A stretch of 50,821 nt of DNA from a virus. The stretch is from the IMG/VR virus record IMGVR_UViG_3300014911_000395. One strand, 5' to 3'. Of the stretch, positions 36,651 to 46,839 are shown in pieces. A program made the position numbers and the translations under genes. The notes beneath the pieces were generated by a model. It was not told the DNA's origin, did not search any database, and worked only from the letters and a program-made list of their open reading frames with translations. Position 1 is the stretch's first letter; each line of letters begins with the position of its first letter.

Positions 36651-37121
36651 CTAAGCTACGAACACCACCCATACGACCTCTACACTCTCTCCTGCCGACA
36701 CTGGCTTATCGTTGTATATCTGCCTTGCGAGCATTACTGGAGAATTCGCATACTGGTCGTTGAAAAGTCCAGCCTCCCTCAAAATTGTCGCAGAAGCGAA
36801 CGTGAACGTGTACGTCCATCTTGCCTTATTATCAGCCTCGTATTCAACCGTAGCCTGCCCCTCTGCAATGAAGTCCTCAAGAGCCGTATCATCAGGTGTA
36901 GGAGATGTTCCACCTCCTCCAACCTGCAACCACTGGAATGGTTTCGTACTGACGCCGTTTATGAGTCTGGCTACTTCTGCCTTTCCTACATTTACAATCA
37001 AATTCCTAACCGTCTCCGTATCCTTAACCTTTCCCTCTTTATCTTTAACCGTAATCGTCAACTCTCCAATCAACTTTAAACCTTCTCTCACATTTAACAC
37101 CTCCCTAAATGAAATAACCAA
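36651..37121 (-). CDS. Fibre-attachment protein resembling phage tail-fibre N-terminal domains
   Basis: LIVNVGKA...VGGGGTSPTPDDTALE...ILREAGLFND...MLAR; true start probably a GTG ~30 nt downstream. Confidence 0.65.
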   Translation of the reverse strand: MVISFREVLNVREGLKLIGELTITVKDKEGKVKDTETVRNLIVNVGKAEVARLINGVSTKPFQWLQVGGGGTSPTPDDTALEDFIAEGQATVEYEADNKARWTYTFTFASATILREAGLFNDQYANSPVMLARQIYNDKPVSAGESVEVVWVVFVA

Positions 37122-37590
37122 CTATTACCGCTTCATACGGAATTGGGTCTGAAGGGTCGCTACCCGCATTCGGGTAGGGTTTCGTATTATTGTTATCGAT
37201 ATATAACCTAATATTATTTAAAACTCTAATCGGTCTCGGAAAAATAAAAGGCTCAAGTATCGTTCCAACCTGAGCCTCGCCAGAAATAGCGTTAAAAGTT
37301 ACGTTATCGACTTCCCATCTGTAATAGCTGTTATCGTGCTGGTCTGTTCCTACTCCACACCACAGAAAAATCCTGTTTTTGTTGCTCGGCTCTTTCCAGT
37401 CAAGTAGCTTGTAATTCTTTGCACCCGCTGGAACTGGATTACTAATCGTTGAGGCAACCCTTTCGTAAACAAAGTCACCAACGCCTATACCTGCTAACCC
37501 TTCCTCATTACCTCCGAGAGTAAATAAAATAGCCCTGAGCAGGTTTCTTATCTCTAAGAGTACTTCTCCAGCGGTTAATTCTTCAGGCAT
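37105..37590 (-). CDS. Candidate single jelly-roll minor capsid protein
   Basis: YYRWEVDN...GTILEPFIFPRPIRV..NIRLYIDN...YEAVIVGYF beta pattern. Confidence 0.5.
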   Translation of the reverse strand: MPEELTAGEVLLEIRNLLRAILFTLGGNEEGLAGIGVGDFVYERVASTISNPVPAGAKNYKLLDWKEPSNKNRIFLWCGVGTDQHDNSYYRWEVDNVTFNAISGEAQVGTILEPFIFPRPIRVLNNIRLYIDNNNTKPYPNAGSDPSDPIPYEAVIVGYFI

Positions 37591-37601
37591 TTTTTATCCT
37601 C

Positions 37602-37706
37602 CTATGCAACCCTAATTTCCTTGTAAAGCTTGTACATAAATGCGGCTAACACGATTATTGCTATCATTTCGACAAGCTCTATGACTGTCAGTGTGGAGTC
37701 CCTCAT
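37602..37706 (-). CDS. Small single-TM protein (not in ORF track)
   Basis: MRDSTLTVIELVEMIAIIVLAAFMYKLYKEIRVA. Confidence 0.45.
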   Translation of the reverse strand: MRDSTLTVIELVEMIAIIVLAAFMYKLYKEIRVA

Positions 37707-37708
37707 GG

Positions 37709-38128
37709 TCAGTCCTTAACCTGAATTATCGGATACCCCAACACCGCCCACGCAATACCTTCCACATCATTTGCTGGGTCGTTGTTTGTCAGTTTGAGGT
37801 ACAATGGCTGTCTCGCTGGCAGAATCGGATAATCTGTATCCTTCTTCGTCGGTATGTATTTCTCGTTGTTCCTCGTACCCCTGAGGGAGTACGGTAGGTT
37901 GCTGATTATTCTTTCCTCAACGTTCAATGCTGTAAACAGGCTGAAGTTAATTAACAACTTGTGTGGATTTGTGATAGAATTAGCGTGAATGATTATACCA
38001 TCAATCGCATAGGAGTACTTATCACCCTCATAAGGGACTGTTTTTGTGGAGTCTTCATTCCCAGCGGCAAGCGTATCTATTGTTTTAACGAGAATATACC
38101 TCAGAGTCCCAAGTTTAATCACTGCCAT
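37709..38128 (-). CDS. Candidate single jelly-roll (penton-like) protein
   Basis: Follows the putative capsid gene; YAIDGIIIH...LINFSL...PARQPLYLKLTN...IAWAVLGY beta pattern. Confidence 0.5.
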   Translation of the reverse strand: MAVIKLGTLRYILVKTIDTLAAGNEDSTKTVPYEGDKYSYAIDGIIIHANSITNPHKLLINFSLFTALNVEERIISNLPYSLRGTRNNEKYIPTKKDTDYPILPARQPLYLKLTNNDPANDVEGIAWAVLGYPIIQVKD

Positions 38129-38159
38129 GTGATTTCACCTCGTAAAAAAATAAAGGAAA

Positions 38160-39563
38160 TTAGATTGTTATCCCCGCAGCCTGCACTTCGCTCAAAGTCC
38201 TCTCAACTGCCGAAGCGACCTCTGGTGGTGTTGACCTGTAGAACTGGCTCAATGTGTACAGCGTAAGTGTACCAGTCTTGGTTGGGTCGACTCCACTCTT
38301 GTTCACGAACATGAACGTAATCTTGTGCGGGTCTTCGAGTACCCTGTACTTCTCGTTCAAAGCTCTCATGGTGAAGATGTCCTTGCCTCCGCCGATTACG
38401 AATGCATAGTACTTGAACACAAATGGGTCGTTGTCATCTCCAGCAGTAGCAAAGACGAGTCCAGTAGCGTTGTCAACAGCGACAATACCAGCGACTGGAG
38501 CTTCAACATCAACCTCAGCGAGAGGCTGATACTTGAGCTGAGTTACTGGTGTGTACAGTTTGGTATCTCCATCATTCGTGTCTGTATAGTCCTTAGTAAT
38601 CTTGTCAACCGTAACAGTTCCGCCAGTCGTATCGTTATCAAGCACCGTAACGATTTCGTAGTTAGTTCCATCGCTTATCAAAGCCTTAGTTCCCTGCGGG
38701 AACTTGGCGGCTTCTGAAGCGGTAGCAAGGGTTATGTCAACATTGCTACCCGCCGCTGGCACACCGCCAGCTCCAACATCGTACGCCTTTGGCTGAGCGG
38801 CTTTAATCAGTATGCTCTCCTGAACCCATCTGCTCTTACCATCCGAAGGTGGCAAGAACATGTGGTCAAGTCTTGGCTTAACCTTCAAGTCCTCAACGCC
38901 ATCATACCAGACTCTGAACTCGACATCCTCAACAGGTATCTCGTCATGTGTCCACAACACTTCAATCGGGTTGTTCAGGACGTACTTGGTGTTCTTCTCA
39001 GGAACGATTGTATAGTGCGGATTTGTTGCGTCCCACTCTTCGAAGGTCGGGTTAGCAACGTCATCCGTTCTCAAGATGAACTTCTTGTTGTCTTGGAAGG
39101 TCGTAGGAACTTGCACGTTCTCGTAGTACAAGGGATGTAGCTTCTTGTATGGAACTTCAACCATCCTCGCCCTCAAGTATCTATTGACTGGGTCGTCGCC
39201 TCTCAAAATCCCCTTGAATAGCGTACCCTTCAGGTACACTTTCTTGTTCGAGGCGAGTCCAGAGATGTAGATGTCCCTGTCGAGTGGAATTGGCAACTCA
39301 AAACCAGTCGTGAACCACTTACCATCCCTAACCTGCGAGAACTGCATTCTATTCAAGTTGTAAGCACCCTTGTAGTACGGAGCAATCAGCTTGTTTATTC
39401 TTGTATAGATTATGTCCTCAACACCAAAGCTTATCGTATCTGGGCTGTCCGTCCCTATTTCTCTAACCAAGGCACAGTTGTTCTCACTATCCTCCAACCT
39501 CGTAAAGTTGTTTACGAGGTCGCTTCCTTTTATAACCAACTCCCAATTATCTATTATCTCCAT
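38160..39563 (-). CDS. Probable major capsid protein (double jelly roll with insertion, inferred)
   Basis: Early in the structural operon, AAAAGGT RBS, strongly biased codon usage (AAG/AAC/TAC/TTC) suggesting high expression, mostly beta pattern in two blocks; no HK97 features. Fold not verified. Confidence 0.5.
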   Translation of the reverse strand: MEIIDNWELVIKGSDLVNNFTRLEDSENNCALVREIGTDSPDTISFGVEDIIYTRINKLIAPYYKGAYNLNRMQFSQVRDGKWFTTGFELPIPLDRDIYISGLASNKKVYLKGTLFKGILRGDDPVNRYLRARMVEVPYKKLHPLYYENVQVPTTFQDNKKFILRTDDVANPTFEEWDATNPHYTIVPEKNTKYVLNNPIEVLWTHDEIPVEDVEFRVWYDGVEDLKVKPRLDHMFLPPSDGKSRWVQESILIKAAQPKAYDVGAGGVPAAGSNVDITLATASEAAKFPQGTKALISDGTNYEIVTVLDNDTTGGTVTVDKITKDYTDTNDGDTKLYTPVTQLKYQPLAEVDVEAPVAGIVAVDNATGLVFATAGDDNDPFVFKYYAFVIGGGKDIFTMRALNEKYRVLEDPHKITFMFVNKSGVDPTKTGTLTLYTLSQFYRSTPPEVASAVERTLSEVQAAGITI

Positions 39564-39613
39564 ACCTTTTCACCTCCTCCTATACACCACCCATCCTCCC
39601 GTAGGAGGAGAGG

Positions 39614-39730
39614 TTAGAACTCTCCCGTCTCAACTCCAAACGCCATCTCTTGCGTCTCAGGAAGTCTCCTCGTGGCTGTCTCTTCAGGTGGTGTTGCTGG
39701 TGCTGGTGTAGCTCTTTTCCTTGCTGACAT
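39614..39730 (-). CDS. 38-aa Pro/Thr-rich peptide (not in ORF track)
   Basis: MSARKRATPAPATPPEETATRRLPETQEMAFGVETGEF. Confidence 0.4.
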   Translation of the reverse strand: MSARKRATPAPATPPEETATRRLPETQEMAFGVETGEF

Positions 39731-39761
39731 TCTTCTATATACTGGCATCAGCACCACCCCT

Positions 39762-40088
39762 TCAAGCGGTCGTCAATTGTACCCTGACAATGTCTAAGAT
39801 TTGCACAAGCTCCACCACGAAAATTCCTGCAACCAAATACTGCACAAACTCCATTCCAGCTTTTCCTCTGCTGTACAACCAAAGACCAATGCCAATAGCC
39901 GACATGACGCCCGTAACTGCCAACGTGGAGTACACTTCATAGTTCTCTGGATACCTGTCTTTAAAGTAACCATCTGCAATTCCTTCGCCAACCATATGTG
40001 CCACTGCACCAACTACTGTACCAAACATTGTGTTGGCAAGCTCTGGTGTCGTTAACTGGTCTACATATCCAAATATAGTTTCAGGCAT
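39762..40088 (-). CDS. Multi-pass membrane protein at the head of the structural operon
   Basis: Three hydrophobic helices; GGAGGGGTGG RBS; TATA-like TTAAATA upstream. Confidence 0.75.
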   Translation of the reverse strand: MPETIFGYVDQLTTPELANTMFGTVVGAVAHMVGEGIADGYFKDRYPENYEVYSTLAVTGVMSAIGIGLWLYSRGKAGMEFVQYLVAGIFVVELVQILDIVRVQLTTA

Positions 40089-40231
40089 ATCTCATCCACC
40101 CCTCCTACTTTTTTCGACAACGAACACAACAATAGAATTATGAGAGTATCTAATATTTAAGGTTTTTTATGTTTTTTTGGTAAAACAAACCATTCTACAC
40201 CGAAAAGTTTTTCTATGCGGGAAACATAATT

Positions 40232-40477
40232 ATGGGTATGAGTATCGGGAAGGGATTGTTTAGGGTGGACGACCAAGTCAGGTTTGGAAAGTTGTTTGAC
40301 AGGCTCGCCGAACACTGCTATACACTGATGTACGTGCCGAGAAAAGACTTGATAGTGGCTTCACTACACGCAGATAAACTCATTGATGTTAAAAAGATAT
40401 TATCAGAAGAGAACAAAGAGATTATTGGCATTGTAGTGAATAGAAAGATGGTTTTTCTGAAAATTAGGTGGTCTTGA
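40232..40477 (+). CDS. Hypothetical protein
   Basis: 81-aa ORF divergent from the structural operon. Confidence 0.45.
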   Translation: MGMSIGKGLFRVDDQVRFGKLFDRLAEHCYTLMYVPRKDLIVASLHADKLIDVKKILSEENKEIIGIVVNRKMVFLKIRWS

Positions 40478-40629
40478 TGAGGATGAGTTGTGTCTCCACT
40501 GGACTGATGTCAAACTCTGAACTGCCAGAGTTCACCATACCACCAACAAAAAAGATGGAAAAAATATTTGATAATGGAATTTTCGCTATTTTTCTTTTTT
40601 GAGAAGAAAAAATTGTAGAGTTTTTTCTT

Positions 40630-40818
40630 TCAGCGGAAGATTTGTTTGATTATCCAATCGACTTCGTCTTCCGACAAAGTTCTATCAAGCGTCTTTTGAT
40701 TCTTTAGCCATGCCCTTGCGTACTTCTCGCACGCCTTACGCAGTATTCTTGCGAGCTTTTCGAGGTATTCGTCAACTGGTTTGTATTCCACTGGCTCGAA
40801 CTTAACCATGTACGTCAC
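40630..40818 (-). CDS. Hypothetical protein
   Basis: Overlaps the MCM stop. Confidence 0.5.
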   Translation of the reverse strand: MTYMVKFEPVEYKPVDEYLEKLARILRKACEKYARAWLKNQKTLDRTLSEDEVDWIIKQIFR

Positions 40819-42830
40819 ACATCAACAAGCCTGTAATGATTGTATTTTGGACAGTACACTACACCTATTTGCTTCATTTTATCGAGTACTTCTTCAACGT
40901 CAGCTTTGTCTAATCCCTTCTTTTCTGCATGTAAAACGATGTCAACGATGTTTACTCCTCTAACCTCATCCAACTCTCTCAAAATATCCACGACTACTTT
41001 TATTTTATCCCTTTTAGTTTTTGGGGTATCTGAGTACACAACATCAATATCCACTCCATCTGATGTTAGGTCAAGTCCAAGGCTCTTCAAGCTTTCAGTG
41101 AAAATCTCAATAGCTAAATCTACGTCACACTCCTCTACCCTATTGCTCAAACGCATTTTGGCGGCGGCAGTAGAAAGCCTGTACAACCCCTCAAGTTGTC
41201 TAACTGATATAGCAACACTACCTTCCATGGACTTTTCCCTAATTTCCATATAGAATTCAGATATTTTACTTCTTGCTTCATCAGATATAAATGGTTCAAC
41301 GTATTTTCGTGCGTACGAGATGTACTTTTTCAGTAATTCTATATCTATTTCAGGTGGTTTACCGCCAAATTGAATTACCTCATACATGTGTTCTGCAATT
41401 TTTCTATCCTCTTCTTTATCAGGTATGTCGAATACTGCAAAGATTAAATCAAATCTCGATAGCAGTGATGGTTCGATATTTATTTGGCTTGTTACAGGTT
41501 CATATCTGTCAAATCTACTGTACGCTGGATTTGCCGCCGCTAAAAGAGAACACCTCGTTCGTAGATATGTATGGATGTTTGCCTTATCTATCGTTATAAT
41601 CTGTGACTCAAGAGCTTCATGCAACATCTCACGCTCGTCCTTGCTCATTTTCTCAAGCTCATCAACTATTGCCAAACCCCCATCAGCAAGAGGTAGTACG
41701 CCAGCCTCCAGAACCCATTTGCCTGTAAATTCATCTTTTACAACAGCCGCTGTCAATCCTGCCTTACTAACCCCCTTACCTGAAGAATACACCGCCCTCG
41801 GTACGAGGTTCTTGACCCATTTAATTAACTTCGTTTTCGCAGTCGATGGGTCACCGACAATTAAAACGTGAATATCCCCCCTACACTCAGAGCCATCAGA
41901 TGAAGTACGTCTAACTCCACCGAACAACTGCAACGCTATTGCGAGCTTGGTGTAATAGTGTCCTCTGATAGATGGTGCAATTGAATTTACGATTTTACTA
42001 ACGAGGTTCTTGTCTTTCGATAATTCTTCAATCTTGCATTTATCTTCCTCGCTGATTTTTACTTCGTCATATCCTTTCTCAAGTACCTCTATTGAGTTTG
42101 CTTCAATATAATAGTCCATAATAGGTCTATCGCCCTTATGCAGTAGTCTCACTATTCCATTAACGACCACCCTCTCGCCTGCAAAGACTTTTCCAGCAAT
42201 ATCGTTTGTGAGGATAACCAATACCGTTCTTGGTTCTTCACCAACTGATAAGTTCTCTGGCAATTCCTGTATCTGAATAATCTGGTATGGGATTGTTTTA
42301 CTTTCCCCATCCAATAGCTCAAATCTCCTACCATCGTTACACGCCTTGCATTTGTACGGTTTCGTCAATTTAGCTGTTGGAGATATATCTACATGCATTA
42401 CGTTCTTAGAGCCACATTTCTTACATTTATACACCGCTTCAACAACGTATGGCATGATAAGTGAAGCCCTTGTAACTATCCCTTCAATAGCATAGAACTT
42501 GTTTACACATGTATGCTCGATTTTATTTGGAGATATACGTCTTGCCAAAGGTAGATTTACGAACCTAACGAAATACCCCTTTAGATTTACGCCATCGATT
42601 GGGTTGTAGATGTCCCATAGCCCTTCGTGTGCGTGTTTAATTACATCATCTGGGAATTCAACCAACTCCTCATATATTCTCATCTCCCTGTATGTCACAA
42701 GCTCGTTTTTGACGTCAACGTAGAACGACTTTTTTCCATGCCCTGTTTCGTACATAAACTGTCGCAACTTCTTTTCCACCCTCGTCTCGAAAAAATCTTC
42801 CCATTCTGCTGGGCTACTCAACAAATCCAT
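40815..42830 (-). CDS. mcm: MCM replicative helicase
   Basis: C4 zinc finger, QELPE, Walker A GDPSTAKT, SKAGLTAAV, LEAGVLPLADGG, Walker B IVDELEKM, AAANP, LLSRFDL, VRQLE, C-terminal wHTH. Confidence 0.97.
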   Translation of the reverse strand: MDLLSSPAEWEDFFETRVEKKLRQFMYETGHGKKSFYVDVKNELVTYREMRIYEELVEFPDDVIKHAHEGLWDIYNPIDGVNLKGYFVRFVNLPLARRISPNKIEHTCVNKFYAIEGIVTRASLIMPYVVEAVYKCKKCGSKNVMHVDISPTAKLTKPYKCKACNDGRRFELLDGESKTIPYQIIQIQELPENLSVGEEPRTVLVILTNDIAGKVFAGERVVVNGIVRLLHKGDRPIMDYYIEANSIEVLEKGYDEVKISEEDKCKIEELSKDKNLVSKIVNSIAPSIRGHYYTKLAIALQLFGGVRRTSSDGSECRGDIHVLIVGDPSTAKTKLIKWVKNLVPRAVYSSGKGVSKAGLTAAVVKDEFTGKWVLEAGVLPLADGGLAIVDELEKMSKDEREMLHEALESQIITIDKANIHTYLRTRCSLLAAANPAYSRFDRYEPVTSQINIEPSLLSRFDLIFAVFDIPDKEEDRKIAEHMYEVIQFGGKPPEIDIELLKKYISYARKYVEPFISDEARSKISEFYMEIREKSMEGSVAISVRQLEGLYRLSTAAAKMRLSNRVEECDVDLAIEIFTESLKSLGLDLTSDGVDIDVVYSDTPKTKRDKIKVVVDILRELDEVRGVNIVDIVLHAEKKGLDKADVEEVLDKMKQIGVVYCPKYNHYRLVDV

Positions 42831-42841
42831 CCAACCACCTC

Positions 42842-43984
42842 CTACAATTTCCATAATTTCTCAATGGTTTTTACAATAAAATCAGGATTTATACTCTCAT
42901 TCAATACCAAATTATGTTTTAAACCCCTGCCTCTACCACCACTATGCTTAACAACTTTAATATAACCCGCCAATTCCAAAGAAAACCTACGGTCAGCCCA
43001 CCGTCTTGAAGATAATGATGTTTTAAAATACTTATACAGCAATTTATTAGCATACTCATACGCTTTGTGTATTTGGATAGGACTTAATTTAGCAATTACA
43101 TACAATAAACACTGCTCAGTATAGGATAAGGACTCTATTGAATCAACTTGGTACTTGACTTCAAGTTCATCAATAGCCTTATCAATTAAATCATTAGAAA
43201 TTTCTGTTAGACCTAAAGTATCAGCTAAATCACCAGATATTCCTAAAACATCAAGAGAATACCTTACATCTGCCCCAGCGATGCCATACGCTTTTGTCGC
43301 TAAGTAATCAATACACTCATCAGATATAACACCATCATAAAATACTTCCTGCGACCTCTGTTTAATAATATCACTAATTTGGTTGACAGAATACGGCTTA
43401 AATACAATTTTAGAGGGATTCCACGAACTGTACACTCTATCACTCAGAACAGAACTAACCATAATGTCGTCCATAATTGTCATAACGTTTGTAATACCGA
43501 TTAAAGACAGGTTCTCACGCCTTGTAAGGTCATACATTATTGTTTCACAGTATCTACTATTAAATAGCTTATCTATTTCATCTAAGATAATCAGTGCATT
43601 TTTATTTCCAATCGCATTAAATACACGATTTTTTGCATCAAAAACAGAAAGTCCTTTTTTAGGCAAAGTCATATTTAGTTTTAATGAGATATTCCTTAGA
43701 GTCTCTTTAATTGAGTCGTCAGCAATAGCATAGATAATCATAGATTCATCGGGATTTATATCTGCTTTTACATCCTCAATAGCCTTCATAACCGTTGCAG
43801 TTTTACCAACACCAGTCCTTCCAAGAATTAAGGTGTTTCTAACGAAACCAGAATCTATAAATGAATACAACATATTAACCAACATTTTTAATTCTTTCTC
43901 TCTGTATGGCAAGTATTTTGGTATGTATCTTTGAGATAGTGCTTTTCGATTTTTGAATACCGTGTTCCGATACTCAGAACCCAT
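42842..43984 (-). CDS. cdc6: Orc1/Cdc6 initiator
   Basis: LPYREKE, Walker A GRTGVGKT, Walker B ILDEID, FKPYS..QI..II..R, GADVR, C-terminal wHTH. Confidence 0.93.
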   Translation of the reverse strand: MGSEYRNTVFKNRKALSQRYIPKYLPYREKELKMLVNMLYSFIDSGFVRNTLILGRTGVGKTATVMKAIEDVKADINPDESMIIYAIADDSIKETLRNISLKLNMTLPKKGLSVFDAKNRVFNAIGNKNALIILDEIDKLFNSRYCETIMYDLTRRENLSLIGITNVMTIMDDIMVSSVLSDRVYSSWNPSKIVFKPYSVNQISDIIKQRSQEVFYDGVISDECIDYLATKAYGIAGADVRYSLDVLGISGDLADTLGLTEISNDLIDKAIDELEVKYQVDSIESLSYTEQCLLYVIAKLSPIQIHKAYEYANKLLYKYFKTSLSSRRWADRRFSLELAGYIKVVKHSGGRGRGLKHNLVLNESINPDFIVKTIEKLWKL

Positions 43985-44069
43985 AAAACACCACCAGATA
44001 CAAATAGACGACAACTATTATTTAAACTTTTCCACAAATCCTATAAAATATAGAGGGAAATGAGTGTAT

Positions 44070-44560
44070 GTACAGTACGTCAACTTATAATAGAATTGAT
44101 TGGTTGTACGAAAATTTCGGTTAACCGAAAAAGGGGGGGGGGTGTGTGTTGTTTGTCAACTTGTAACTGAAGGATTTTATTTTTTTACTATTACTTACTT
44201 TTGACTATTATGATAGTATTAAAATTCTATTTATAGGAAGATTTATCATTATTAATAATTATATATATTATAAAGTAATAAGTAATAAGTAATAAGTAAT
44301 AAGTAATATAACTATCTATAAACATAGTAATAACAATGGTATTTCAAACCAGTAAAACTCTAAACAAAATACTTAGTCTATTTTACAAGTTGACGATTCA
44401 CACACACCCCCCCCCCAAAACTTGGATAACCTAAATAATGGGGTATTTGACCAAAAATAAAAATAAAGGGGTAATTTTATAACTATTGAAAAAATTTCAC
44501 CATACGGACAATGTAGAAATTTCACCATCATCCGTTTGGTGAAATTTCTTGCTCAAGGGG
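44070..44560. other. Predicted replication origin
   Basis: 34-bp inverted repeats with G10 strings (44133-44166 / 44383-44416) flank an AT-rich core containing (AGTAATA)x5 at 44274-44308; AATTTCACCA boxes at 44493-44548; directly upstream of cdc6. Confidence 0.8.
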
Positions 44561-44734
44561 AGAGTAGGTACTACTCAACTAACTCCCAAAACATCATCAT
44601 GAAAAACAACACTTCTACAAGGCTCTTTTTCCTCATCATATTATGCTAATAATTATTAGGTGATTTAACCAGCAAAATTTAAATACTATACACTCATATT
44701 AACTATAAACAAATTGAAGAGGTGGATTTGAGCT

Positions 44735-45901
44735 ATGATACCAACAATTTTTTTCTTCGGAGATGGTAAGAAGAAAGATGCCGATAAAGACAAAGAATTC
44801 GAGCAGATAGAGGTACAGTTCAAGGCAAGAGAAACCGACAAGTACATCCACTGCAACGATATTCACTTCGACCACTTCCCAACAGCCGAAGAGATAGCTG
44901 AAGAGTATGGAGGAGGAATCTGGCTCGTTACAGCAAAAAACCATAGAGGTAGAATCATAAAAAGGAAGAAATACGTTATCAGAGACCAAGATATACGCTA
45001 TCCAGTGAAAGTCTGGAGAGTAAAAGTCAAAATGCCAGAGGGCAGACGCTTCTACAAGGTTGACGGACTGGAATACGACTCAATGCCAACACCTGACGAA
45101 ATCAAGGAAGATATCGGTGGTGGAGGTATAATCAGGCTCGAAGGATACGACGCTGAAAACAGGCGTATCACATACAAACAATTCACGATTGATGAAGAGC
45201 CACCTAAGTGGCTTCTTGAAGCTGAAGATACTATTGAAAAGAAGATGAAAGAAGCTTTGAATGCGAGGATAAAACAGGAGCAAGAAAAACTAATTCAGAA
45301 ACTAACTGGTGAGGGTGAAGAGGTTAGACCGACTACAAAAAAACTATCAGAAACGGTTAATGAAATCATAAATGCGTTCGAGGAACTGCAACTTGAGAGG
45401 TTTGAACAAATTGTAGATAAATTAACATCCCCAAGAAAAAGTGAAGAAGAGCAACAGCCAAAGAAAACCTTAACGGACGTACTATTTGTAGAGCCACAAA
45501 AAATCAAACTTGAGGCGATGAATACGGTGATAAGAGAACTCGCCAAGAGCAACCCAATGGAGGCTGCAAAGATGATAGAAAAAATGCCCGATGCTACTGG
45601 AGCTTTGATGAACTTGATAAACGCTGGTTCACAGGCTTTAATGGCATTCGCCAACGTGTTACAGGCACAATCAGCAGAGAAGATGGCTAAATTGAAACAA
45701 GATACTACGCCACAACAACAGCAACCAAAGCAACCTGAATCACAACAGGAACAAAAAGACGTTCTTGAAGCGGCTGAGGAAACAGCGGGTAAGGTTAGAG
45801 AACAAGAGAAATCGCAAGTAGGTATCGAGGTTACAGAGAATGAGAAGGGTTGGGAAGTCGAATTCAAAGACGAAAGTCTTGGTGGAATAGAGGTGGAATA
45901 G
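44735..45901 (+). CDS. Hypothetical protein: duplicated N-terminal beta domain plus helical, Q/E-rich C-terminus
   Basis: Two copies of F/Y-D...PT..EI.E..GGG..; first gene after the origin. Confidence 0.75.
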   Translation: MIPTIFFFGDGKKKDADKDKEFEQIEVQFKARETDKYIHCNDIHFDHFPTAEEIAEEYGGGIWLVTAKNHRGRIIKRKKYVIRDQDIRYPVKVWRVKVKMPEGRRFYKVDGLEYDSMPTPDEIKEDIGGGGIIRLEGYDAENRRITYKQFTIDEEPPKWLLEAEDTIEKKMKEALNARIKQEQEKLIQKLTGEGEEVRPTTKKLSETVNEIINAFEELQLERFEQIVDKLTSPRKSEEEQQPKKTLTDVLFVEPQKIKLEAMNTVIRELAKSNPMEAAKMIEKMPDATGALMNLINAGSQALMAFANVLQAQSAEKMAKLKQDTTPQQQQPKQPESQQEQKDVLEAAEETAGKVREQEKSQVGIEVTENEKGWEVEFKDESLGGIEVE

Positions 45902-45903
45902 AC

Positions 45904-46524
45904 ATGTTCGATAAAAACTTGTTGAAAGCCGCATTTGAAGAGATGAAGGCGAAGGGCATAGGCTCTTTTCTGAAAAATGCAATGCAGATGGAGAACATTA
46001 AATCGATGATAATGAGTCAGGTATTGCCAATTTGGGAGCAGTTTAAGACAAGATACGACGTGAAGGATGTCAGCTATGACCTCGTAGATAGTACGTTCAT
46101 AGCGGAGTTTCACGTTCCAGACGAGCAGAACAGAGAAGACATGGTCAAGAACATGCTAAACTTCATAGACTCACTGAGGTCACACTTTTTAATGAAACTG
46201 GCACTTAGCGAGTTTGAGATAAAACGAATGCGTTGTTATGAGGATAATGAATACGTTAAGATTGAGTTTGAGGGTAATGAAAAGTTTGTGGATTTGGTTG
46301 AAAGTTTAAGAGGAGGTGATGAGAGTGGAGGAGAACCAGAACAAGATGAAGAAGAGTTTGAAATCTCCCTTCCAGATACAGCCAGCAGAGATGGAGAAGT
46401 TGATGGACATGCCACTGAAGGAAGTGGTGAAGAAGGGTTACATGCCAATGAATCCAATAGATATAGCCCAAACGGGGGAGGAGATAGCGGAGTTGAGCCA
46501 GCAAGCGGGGATGATATACGGTAG
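45904..46524 (+). CDS. Hypothetical protein with acidic tail overlapping the next gene
   Basis: Start moved to ATG 45904 after GAGGTGG. Confidence 0.65.
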   Translation: MFDKNLLKAAFEEMKAKGIGSFLKNAMQMENIKSMIMSQVLPIWEQFKTRYDVKDVSYDLVDSTFIAEFHVPDEQNREDMVKNMLNFIDSLRSHFLMKLALSEFEIKRMRCYEDNEYVKIEFEGNEKFVDLVESLRGGDESGGEPEQDEEEFEISLPDTASRDGEVDGHATEGSGEEGLHANESNRYSPNGGGDSGVEPASGDDIR

Positions 46525-46807
46525 CAGTCTGCATTCAATTATTTCAGCAATCAGGAGAACGGACTTGCCAATACCTGTCAGAATGGTTAAGGGGGCTAAA
46601 GGCTTCATGGCATTGCTCGGTTTGTTCCTGACGGCAAAAGAGACGTTTGAGGCTTTTGACCAGATAGAATCATCAATTCTTGGTAGTGAAGAGCCACAAG
46701 GTAAAGACGTGAAGGACAACACTGACATCGACGCCCTGCTCGACAAACTTGAAGCTTTAACAAAAGAAAATGAGAGGTTGAAAAAACAGCTTGAAGGAAG
46801 ACAATAA
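46319..46807 (+). CDS. Helical hypothetical protein
   Basis: GGAGGTGA RBS at 46312; C-terminal coiled coil. Confidence 0.65.
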   Translation: MRVEENQNKMKKSLKSPFQIQPAEMEKLMDMPLKEVVKKGYMPMNPIDIAQTGEEIAELSQQAGMIYGSSLHSIISAIRRTDLPIPVRMVKGAKGFMALLGLFLTAKETFEAFDQIESSILGSEEPQGKDVKDNTDIDALLDKLEALTKENERLKKQLEGRQ

Positions 46808-46839
46808 TTTTTAAAATTTTATTTTTTTAAGGTGATACT

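Noticed and set aside
34244-37121. Tailed (Caudoviricetes) virus assignment from the tail-fibre-like gene
   Set aside because: No terminase, portal, HK97 capsid, tape measure, sheath or baseplate genes recognised.
45295-46113. 272-aa antisense ORF and similar long antisense ORFs (7657..7998, 29103..29552, 36712..37152, 36549..37079)
   Set aside because: Shadow frames opposite better-supported genes; Ser-rich, no RBS or motifs.
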